Positions 37,496 through 44,410 of a stretch of DNA of 44,410 nucleotides are shown here, one piece after another. The DNA comes from Candidatus Thiodiazotropha taylori. GTDB taxonomy: Bacteria; Pseudomonadota; Gammaproteobacteria; Chromatiales; Chromatiaceae. The stretch's first letter is position 1. The number at the start of each line of letters is the position of its first letter. Below the pieces are notes generated by a model. It ran no database searches and had not been told where the DNA came from. It worked only from the letters and a program-made list of their open reading frames with translations. The stretch spans positions 1-44,410 of the forward strand of contig JAHRHW010000001.1 in the NCBI GenBank assembly GCA_019100305.1. Reading direction: 5' to 3'. Position numbers and translations under genes: made by a program.

Positions 37496-39295
37496 ATCCT
37501 TGCCGACCTGAAGCACAGCAAGAAAGGCGTCTTGCGGTATCTCCACCTTACCAACCTGCTTCATGCGTTTTTTACCAGCTTTCTGCTTTTCCAGCAGTTT
37601 ACGTTTTCGTGTTATATCACCACCATAACATTTGGCAGTCACATTTTTTCTCAGTGCCTTGACCGTTGTACGGGCAATAATCTTGGTACCGATCGCGGCC
37701 TGGATGGCCACCTCGAACATCTGCCTTGGGATGATCTCTTTCATCTTCGAGGTCAGATCCCGCCCTCTGAACTGAGCCTGATCCTTATGCACGATCAGCG
37801 ACAGGGCATCCACTCGATCACCATTGATCAGAATATCGAGCTTGACCAGCGGTGCGGCCTGAAAATGGGTGAACTCATACTCAAACGAGGCATAACCTCT
37901 ACTGACCGACTTCAGACGGTCAAAAAAGTCCAGTACCACTTCATTCATCGGCAACTCATAGCTTAACTGCACCTGTCCGGCCAGATACTGCAGGTTTTTC
38001 TGTACCCCGCGCTTCTCAATACATAGGGTAATGACGTTACCCAGATAGTCTTGTGGCACCAGAATGGTTGCAACAATGATCGGTTCACGAACCTCTTCCA
38101 GTTTACCCGGATCCGGTAGTGCTGCTGGATTTTCGATATGGATGAGTTCACCGTCACTTTTCAGCACTTCGTAAACCACAGATGGTGCGGTTGTGATCAG
38201 ATCCAGGTCGTACTCCCGTTCGAGTCGCTCCTGAACAATCTCCATATGCAACATGCCAAGGAATCCGCAGCGGAATCCAAATCCCAAGGCCTGTGAGGTT
38301 TCCGGCTCATAGTGCAGTGCCGCATCATTGAGACGCAGTTTCTGCAGAGCATCCCGCAGACCCTCATAATCATCGGAGCTGACTGGATAGAGTCCGGAGA
38401 AAACCCGTGGATGCATCTCCTCGAATCCCGGCAGAGGCTGATCGGCCTGGCGGTTTTCCAAGGTGATGGTGTCGCCAACAGGTGCGCCGTCAACCTCTTT
38501 GATTCCAGCGATCAGGTAGCCAACTTCTCCCGCTTTCAATGAGGCTTGACTGAGCTGTTTGGGGGTGAACACACCAACCTGCTCAACCTGGAAAACCCGC
38601 CCGGTGGACATGATCCGCATCTTGTCTTTCGGCTTGATCTCGCCATTCATCACCCTGATCAGTGAGATGACCCCGACATAGGAGTCGAACCAGGAATCGA
38701 TGATCAGCGCCTGCAGCGGCGCTTCATAGTCACCGTCCGGAGGGGGGATCGTAACGACCAGTTGTTCCAACAAAGACTCGATGCCCAAGCCGGTTTTGGC
38801 ACTTACGTGGACCGCCTGATCGGCCTCGATGCCGATAATCTCTTCAATCTCATTGATTACCCGTTCCGGTTCCGCTGACGGCAGATCGATTTTGTTGAGT
38901 ACCGGCAATACTTCCAGCCCTTGCTCAATCGCGGTATAGCAATTCGCCACACTCTGGGCTTCAACGCCCTGCGCCGCATCCACCACCAGTAACGCCCCTT
39001 CACAAGCCGCCAGGGAGCGGGAAACCTCGTAGGAGAAATCCACATGACCGGGCGTATCGATGAAATTGAGCTGATAGGTGATACCGTCTTTGGCCTGATA
39101 CTCCAGGGTAACGCTTTGGGCTTTGATGGTAATGCCACGCTCCCGCTCCAGATCCATGGAATCACACACCTGGTCAGCCATCTCCCGGTCGCTCAGACCA
39201 CCACAGGTCTGAATGAACCGATCGGCTATGGTGGATTTACCATGATCGATATGGGCAATAATGGAAAAGTTGCGGATGTGTTGAAGATCAGCCAT
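37490..39295 (-). CDS. lepA: Elongation factor 4 LepA
   Basis: Motifs [24 protein letters not shown] and [18 protein letters not shown]. Start taken as ATG 39295. Confidence 0.98.
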   Translation of the reverse strand: MADLQHIRNFSIIAHIDHGKSTIADRFIQTCGGLSDREMADQVCDSMDLERERGITIKAQSVTLEYQAKDGITYQLNFIDTPGHVDFSYEVSRSLAACEGALLVVDAAQGVEAQSVANCYTAIEQGLEVLPVLNKIDLPSAEPERVINEIEEIIGIEADQAVHVSAKTGLGIESLLEQLVVTIPPPDGDYEAPLQALIIDSWFDSYVGVISLIRVMNGEIKPKDKMRIMSTGRVFQVEQVGVFTPKQLSQASLKAGEVGYLIAGIKEVDGAPVGDTITLENRQADQPLPGFEEMHPRVFSGLYPVSSDDYEGLRDALQKLRLNDAALHYEPETSQALGFGFRCGFLGMLHMEIVQERLEREYDLDLITTAPSVVYEVLKSDGELIHIENPAALPDPGKLEEVREPIIVATILVPQDYLGNVITLCIEKRGVQKNLQYLAGQVQLSYELPMNEVVLDFFDRLKSVSRGYASFEYEFTHFQAAPLVKLDILINGDRVDALSLIVHKDQAQFRGRDLTSKMKEIIPRQMFEVAIQAAIGTKIIARTTVKALRKNVTAKCYGGDITRKRKLLEKQKAGKKRMKQVGKVEIPQDAFLAVLQVGKDN

Positions 39296-39315
39296 AAAGC
39301 CTTGAATTGTCACTG

Positions 39316-39349
39316 AAAAAACAAGAAACGCCCCGTTTCGGGGCGTTTC
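39316..39349 (-). terminator. Terminator-like hairpin between the rpoE operon and lepA
   Basis: Perfect 11-bp stem GAAACGCCCCG-aaa-CGGGGCGTTTC on the minus strand, followed by TTGTTTTTT. Confidence 0.75.
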
Positions 39350-39389
39350 AACGTAAACGTGTTGCCACAAAAAGAGAGATGATACCAAA

Positions 39390-39632
39390 TCATACGTCGC
39401 GCAAATAGCTCAGAAGTCTGGATTGATCGAGATAATGCTCACTCAGTGAGACTCCATCCGGCCCCTCCAGACAGGGAATTCGCAGCCCATACTCCGCTTT
39501 GAACTCTGAGTCGCGATCGATATCGACCTTCACCAGGAGAATCTTCTCCAATCCATCCATGGCTGAGAGTTGCTCCCACATCTCATCGCAAAGGTGGCAT
39601 CCCTGCCGGTGGTAAAATCTCAACTCAATCAT
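39390..39632 (-). CDS. Glutaredoxin-like (DUF836-type) protein
   Basis: [15 protein letters not shown] (CxxC) and VDID.D...YGLRIP. Overlaps the degQ stop. Confidence 0.8.
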   Translation of the reverse strand: MIELRFYHRQGCHLCDEMWEQLSAMDGLEKILLVKVDIDRDSEFKAEYGLRIPCLEGPDGVSLSEHYLDQSRLLSYLRDV

Positions 39633-41064
39633 TTTCCGGCACATGCAGGGCAAGAAAAATCGGCCCTGTATTGCGGTGCACAAGCAAGGCAACCGTCTTC
39701 TCCCCGGGCAGTTCTTTGACCAAACGGTTGAAGTGCTCCACACCCTCCACATCCATGTTATTGATCATCGTAATAATGTCGCCCTGTTGGATTCCAGCTT
39801 CACGTGCTGCCTTTCCGGTTACCGACTCGACCATGACACCCCGTCGAGATGACAGACGCAACTCCTTCTGAACTTGCTCACTGACACTGGATACCATCAA
39901 TCCCAGGCGATTTTCAGACACCTTGGGTGGCGTATTTTCAGCCATTTCCAACTGGTCATCGGAAGGTAATTCGCCGATATTCACGTCCACCATCTTGGTT
40001 CTACCCTTCCTCAGAATCTTCAGTGAAGCGGGCTTATCCACATTGCTGCGACCAACCAAGGGAGGTAAATCTGATGAGGTGTGTATGGGGGTGCCGTTGA
40101 ATGACAGAATTACATCACCCACCTGAAGTCCCGCTTTTTCCGATGGACTCTGGGGAAGAACCCGGGCAATCAATGCACCCCGGGGATGATCCATGCCAAA
40201 ACTGTCGGCAAGATCCTTGGTGACATCCTGAATCAACACACCCAACCAACCACGGGTAACACGGCCACGGGTCTTTAATTGATCAGCAACGTTCATCGCC
40301 ATCTCAATCGGGATGGCGAAAGAGAGGCCCATGAAACCACCGGAACGGCTGTAGATCTGTGAGTTGATACCAACCACTTTACCTTCCATGTTGAACAGTG
40401 GACCACCGGAGTTGCCAGGGTTGATGGCGACGTCAGTTTGAATGAAGGGCACATAGTTTTCACTTGGCAGGTTTCTACCCTTTGCGCTGACGATACCGGC
40501 AGTCACTGAATGATCAAAACCGAACGGTGAACCGATTGCCAACACCCACTCACCGACTCTTAAACCGTCAGAGTCACCGATTTCAACCATTGGCAGATCA
40601 TCAGCATTAATTTTGATCAGGGCAATATCGCTACGCTCGTCTTTGCCGATCACTTTCGCGACAAACTCACGTCGGTCGTTCATCCGCACCAGGATTTCAT
40701 CAGCCTCTTCCACAACATGGTTGTTGGTCAGAATATAGCCATCCTCTGAAATGATGAATCCGGATCCGAGAGAGCGCTTTTCCACATCGTTTTCCGGCAT
40801 CGGATAGCCATGATTGCCAAAGAACTTTTTCATCAACTCACCCAAAGGACTGCCTTCAGGTAAGCCTTCCAATTCAGGCATATTGAAGGGGGACATCTGA
40901 TTCCTGGATGAAGAGGTTCTGGTACTGATATTGACTACAGAGGGGGCGTTTTGCTCTGCAAGATCTGCAAAGTTGGGCAGATCACGTGCCATCAGAGGGA
41001 ACGATGTCAGCAGCGCCACTGCCATTGCAACCAACATGATAAATTGAAATTTCTTGTCTCTCAT
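39625..41064 (-). CDS. DegP/DegQ/MucD-family periplasmic serine protease with two PDZ domains
   Basis: Motifs SLGSGFII, LTNNHVV and QTDVAINPGNSGGPL, plus PDZ domains. Follows rseC as mucD does. Confidence 0.95.
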   Translation of the reverse strand: MRDKKFQFIMLVAMAVALLTSFPLMARDLPNFADLAEQNAPSVVNISTRTSSSRNQMSPFNMPELEGLPEGSPLGELMKKFFGNHGYPMPENDVEKRSLGSGFIISEDGYILTNNHVVEEADEILVRMNDRREFVAKVIGKDERSDIALIKINADDLPMVEIGDSDGLRVGEWVLAIGSPFGFDHSVTAGIVSAKGRNLPSENYVPFIQTDVAINPGNSGGPLFNMEGKVVGINSQIYSRSGGFMGLSFAIPIEMAMNVADQLKTRGRVTRGWLGVLIQDVTKDLADSFGMDHPRGALIARVLPQSPSEKAGLQVGDVILSFNGTPIHTSSDLPPLVGRSNVDKPASLKILRKGRTKMVDVNIGELPSDDQLEMAENTPPKVSENRLGLMVSSVSEQVQKELRLSSRRGVMVESVTGKAAREAGIQQGDIITMINNMDVEGVEHFNRLVKELPGEKTVALLVHRNTGPIFLALHVPEND

Positions 41065-41124
41065 TGAAACAACTCCTGGAGGAAAGAGGGATCTATCGAC
41101 AACAGGTAAGAAGTGAATAGAGTC

Positions 41125-41595
41125 TCAGACAAATGGTACAGAGACCCTATCTGCATGGCGCAGCATCACAGCCTGATAACCTGGGTCATGTCGATTTTTG
41201 TATGCAAGTAGTCTCAACAGAAAAAACCCGCCAATCAGCCCCAATAGACCACCGATAACTTGCGGGAGTTCCCCTGACTGAATGTTCAACAAACCAAACA
41301 GATATTGAGCAGCGATGGCAGCTAGAATCATGCTGATCAGAGGCAGCAGATAAGCAAGCATGGAGAGTTTCACGAGAGCCTGTTCCTGCAGACCGATAAT
41401 CACCTGTTCGCCCGGTTTCGCCAATACGGTATTCACGACTCTGAGGTGGTTATAGCGACGTTTGAACAAGCCGGCCAGAACTGTGGTACTGCAGCTTCCC
41501 TGGCTCTCACAGGATCCACAGGCGGCACGCCTTTGCGTCTCGACAAATGCGTATTCACCGTCAATACGCACGACCATTGCGGTCTCTTCAATCAT
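41125..41595 (-). CDS. rseC: RseC/MucC family protein
   Basis: MIEE.A.V start, ACGSC....C cysteine motif and two TM helices. Confidence 0.9.
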   Translation of the reverse strand: MIEETAMVVRIDGEYAFVETQRRAACGSCESQGSCSTTVLAGLFKRRYNHLRVVNTVLAKPGEQVIIGLQEQALVKLSMLAYLLPLISMILAAIAAQYLFGLLNIQSGELPQVIGGLLGLIGGFFLLRLLAYKNRHDPGYQAVMLRHADRVSVPFV

Positions 41596-42580
41596 TCGAG
41601 CCCTTCAGCTCCATCCCTTGAACCACACCCAGTATGGTAACAGCAGGCACTTCGCCAACAGCGGTCACCTGGTAGCCGGCAATCTGACCGCCCCAGGCGT
41701 TGATCGCACCCAATCGGGATACACCGCTGAAGGCTTCATTACGGGTTTCCGCTTCGATAAATACAGAGAGAGAACCCAATCCGTCACTGAATACATACTG
41801 TTCGATTGGCGCACTCAGCATCGGATCGTGCAGCTGATGCTGCATACTCAATCGGAATCCGGCAGGAAGTTTGAGAAAATTCCAGCGACTGTCTGCCTCA
41901 TTTGAGAGACTGGTGCCCTCATTATTTTTCAGCCGGTAGGTGAATAAAGACTCTCTCTGATGCAGTTCACTGATCTCTGCAACACCGATCTCCAGATCGG
42001 TGAACATGGTCTGCTCCACCGCTTCTCCATGCTCGTTCATCAAATCCGATTTGAGCGGCAGGCCGCTCCCCACATCCAGATAGAAACGATAGCCGTAGCG
42101 AAGCCGGTCATTGGGCATGATCACCACCACCTGAGCCTGGCGATTGGCAATTCGGTCTTTTCCGCTCATGCGAAAACTGTAGTGATCCTCAAGTTGGGCC
42201 AGGTCCTGAGGCAGAATATTGAGGAATTTCTTGCTTGGGGAGCGCTTATCCACTGACACTTCATTACTGCCAGGCATAACACAGGTTACCGACTCTTCAT
42301 CACGAATCACTTCACGGGGCGCACCATTCAGGGACATCAGGCTCTCTCTGACCTTGTCACCCTTCACCGCATGGGCAATTTTCATGATTTCCAGTTGATT
42401 GTCGTGCAGATAGACGAAGGTTCCCTGATAGTTCAGCTTTTGCACGGCCTCCATCATTCGCTCAAGCCAATCCCTGGGAGTGAGCGGTTCAGCGGCGAAA
42501 ACTGTCTGGCTGCAAAGCAGCAGCAGGAGAAAACTGATCCAATATTGTCTCGAATCAGCTCTGGAAGAAGATAAATTCAT
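41588..42580 (-). CDS. rseB: Periplasmic sigma-E regulator RseB/MucB
   Basis: Motifs LNYQGTFVY, LNGAPRE, FSDGL.S.SVFIE and VTAVGEVP. Confidence 0.93.
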   Translation of the reverse strand: MNLSSSRADSRQYWISFLLLLLCSQTVFAAEPLTPRDWLERMMEAVQKLNYQGTFVYLHDNQLEIMKIAHAVKGDKVRESLMSLNGAPREVIRDEESVTCVMPGSNEVSVDKRSPSKKFLNILPQDLAQLEDHYSFRMSGKDRIANRQAQVVVIMPNDRLRYGYRFYLDVGSGLPLKSDLMNEHGEAVEQTMFTDLEIGVAEISELHQRESLFTYRLKNNEGTSLSNEADSRWNFLKLPAGFRLSMQHQLHDPMLSAPIEQYVFSDGLGSLSVFIEAETRNEAFSGVSRLGAINAWGGQIAGYQVTAVGEVPAVTILGVVQGMELKGSND

Positions 42581-42595
42581 CCGATCAGCTCAATC

Positions 42596-43168
42596 TTATT
42601 TTTGTTTGTTTTCATCGTAACTGACGAACGTCGCAAAGGGCATGATCCCTTTAATGTTGCTCGACGGTGACCTTTCCTGATGATTGACCAGATAGGCATT
42701 GAGCCGCGATTCCACTTCGGGTTTTTTCAGCAGCTCCCAGCGAGTGCCGTCTTCCGCGACGTAGAGGGTCTCTGTTGCAGGCCCCTGAGTAGCAGCGATC
42801 GCTGGCGGTGCTTCAGATCCCTCCGGATTGATCAACTGAGGGGCCATCACCACGGCGACTGCGGCTAATGAGGCAGCGACTGCCAATCCTGTGTAGGAGC
42901 GCTTTTTCAATCCTGGACGACGTTTGATTGCTGTTGGAGCCAGCACGACCGGCTCGTCCGCCAGTTGCTTGCTGATCGCCTGTGCCAGATCCGGGTTGTA
43001 CAGCGAGCCTGTTTCGCCACGCATGGCGTCACCGATCAAATGGTACCTGGACCAGGTGCCCCGGTTCACCGCATTATTTGACAACTTATTAATTTCCATA
43101 GAGATTTCTTCTTCTGAAATCTCATCATCAACCAGTGCGGATAATCTTTCGTACTCTTGCTCAGTCAT
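42596..43168 (-). CDS. rseA: Anti-sigma-E factor RseA/MucA
   Basis: Motifs ERLSALVDDE, WSRYHLIGDAMR, TM AVAASLAAV and LNAYLVNH. Confidence 0.93.
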   Translation of the reverse strand: MTEQEYERLSALVDDEISEEEISMEINKLSNNAVNRGTWSRYHLIGDAMRGETGSLYNPDLAQAISKQLADEPVVLAPTAIKRRPGLKKRSYTGLAVAASLAAVAVVMAPQLINPEGSEAPPAIAATQGPATETLYVAEDGTRWELLKKPEVESRLNAYLVNHQERSPSSNIKGIMPFATFVSYDENKQK

Positions 43169-43185
43169 TTGTGCTATGCCTGAAA

Positions 43186-43764
43186 TTAAGGTTTCAATAA
43201 TGGGCTCAGTCTTTTATCAATCGCCTCACGTGCCCTGAATATACGGGAGCGAACGGTACCTACAGGACAGGACATGGCATTGGCGATCTCTTCGTAACTC
43301 ATGCCTTCCAGCTCTCTCAGTACAATGGCGGTTCTCAGATCTTCAGGCAGATCATCGATCGCCTGCTGAACCGTCATGGTAATCTCTTCGGTCAACACAT
43401 GGTTTTCCGGTGTACCTGTCTCCTTTAGACGCACACCGACATCCATTTGTTCAGCCACTTCCGCCTCCACATCATCTGAAGGGGGGCGCCGTCCCTGAGC
43501 TACGAGGTAGTTCTTCGCCGTATTGATGGCTATTCGATAGAGCCACGTATAAAAAGCACTGTCACCCCGAAACTTGGGTATCGCCCGATAGGCCTTGATA
43601 AAGGCTTCCTGGGTCACATCCAGTACCTCATGAGGGTCTCGGATATAGCGGGAGATCAGATTGGTGATCTTCTGCTGATACTTCAGCACCAGCAGGTCAA
43701 ACGCCTTTTTGTCACCCTGTTGAACTCGAGCTACGAGTTCCTGATCAATTAACCGCTCGCCCAT
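43186..43764 (-). CDS. rpoE: ECF sigma factor RpoE/AlgU
   Basis: Motifs DQELVARVQQGDKKAFDLLV.KYQ, SAFYTWLYRIAINTAKN and CPVGTVRSRIFRARE. ATG 43764 has a GAGGAGG RBS. Confidence 0.97.
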   Translation of the reverse strand: MGERLIDQELVARVQQGDKKAFDLLVLKYQQKITNLISRYIRDPHEVLDVTQEAFIKAYRAIPKFRGDSAFYTWLYRIAINTAKNYLVAQGRRPPSDDVEAEVAEQMDVGVRLKETGTPENHVLTEEITMTVQQAIDDLPEDLRTAIVLRELEGMSYEEIANAMSCPVGTVRSRIFRAREAIDKRLSPLLKP

Positions 43765-43810
43765 CCGGGCTTTTACCTCCTCGTGACGAGCACTTCCTGT
43801 GCACAGTCCC

Positions 43811-43837
43811 ATTGACAGTCATGGATTGGATAAGTTC
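43811..43837 (-). promoter_or_regulatory. Sigma-E-dependent autoregulatory promoter of rpoE
   Basis: Minus strand GAACTT-N16-TCAA (GAACTTatccaatccatgactgTCAAt), about 50 nt upstream of the start codon. Confidence 0.8.
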
Positions 43838-43966
43838 TCGCAATCCCAGCTTTAATTGACCGATATCAGTCTGCCGACGCGATTAGTTCAACCAAACGCG
43901 GTTTTAAGCTAGGATGCATTGCAACTGGAAACGCATTATCACCATATCGACCCTACCCCGCAAATT

Positions 43967-44410
43967 ATGACCACAGATCACCAACATGACGTACTGATTA
44001 TCGGCAGTGGCGCCGCCGGATTGAGCCTCGCCCTGCACCTGGATCAGAAGCTGAAAATCGCAGTCATCTCAAAAAAAGAGCTGAAAGAGACCAACACTTA
44101 TTATGCTCAGGGGGGTATCTCTGTGGTTCTCGATGAGGAGGACAGCATCGCCTCCCATGTCAAGGACACTTTGGGTGCCGGCGCCGGCCTGTGTGATGAG
44201 GAGACTGTCCAGCTGGTGGTGGAAAATGGCCCATCCAACATCGACTGGCTGCTCAAGGGTGGGGTGAATTTCACCCGGGACGACAGCGCTGCATCGAGCG
44301 GTGGCTACCACCTGACTCAGGAAGGAGGACACTCCCACCGGCGGGTGATTCATGCAGCGGACGCTACCGGCAGAGAGGTGGAAACCACCCTGCAGGGACA
44401 AGTCAAGGCC
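43967..44410 (+). CDS. nadB: L-aspartate oxidase (3'-truncated by window edge; absent from the ORF track)
   Basis: Manual translation gives [23 protein letters not shown]...TYYAQGGI...HVKDTL.AGAGLC...[17 protein letters not shown]. Divergent from rpoE as usual. Confidence 0.95.
   Translation, partial: MTTDHQHDVLIIGSGAAGLSLALHLDQKLKIAVISKKELKETNTYYAQGGISVVLDEEDSIASHVKDTLGAGAGLCDEETVQLVVENGPSNIDWLLKGGVNFTRDDSAASSGGYHLTQEGGHSHRRVIHAADATGREVETTLQGQVKA

Noticed and set aside
44069-44401. 110-aa minus-strand ORF
   Set aside because: Antisense to the nadB reading frame that runs off the window end.

Overview
Gammaproteobacterial chromosomal window. The overall gene content is suggestive of a sulfur-oxidising Chromatiales/Sedimenticolaceae-type organism, but this is a tentative inference. 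1-7.4 kb is the distal end of a type VI secretion system cluster: tssL-OmpA (5'-truncated), tssM, tagF, pppA and a LysM/TPR lipoprotein. An AT-richer insert (TauE/SafE transporter, FAH-family hydrolase) separates it from a convergent operon encoding an unusual receptor Ser/Thr kinase (kinase-TM-sensor-TM-HAMP-acidic tail), a LysM-like/polysaccharide deacetylase lipoprotein and a TPR lipoprotein. Next come redox and housekeeping genes (tpx, peroxiredoxin, hemerythrin-like, MTAP-family, hpt, nagZ). A tightly coupled operon cysM-rlmD-CYTH-peptide ABC binding protein-ElsL-like YkuD enzyme-two permeases follows, then the conserved rpoE-rseABC-degQ-lepA-lepB-rnc-era-recO-pdxJ block and the start of nadB. 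Two non-autonomous element (MITE) families are visible: a CTAG-flanked Y-shaped element with three remnants, and a 145-bp element with an 8-bp target duplication. The best novelty candidates are (i) a T6SS-adjacent phosphosignalling and glycan-sensing module and (ii) an ABC importer plus cytoplasmic L,D-carboxypeptidase cell-wall recycling operon next to nagZ.
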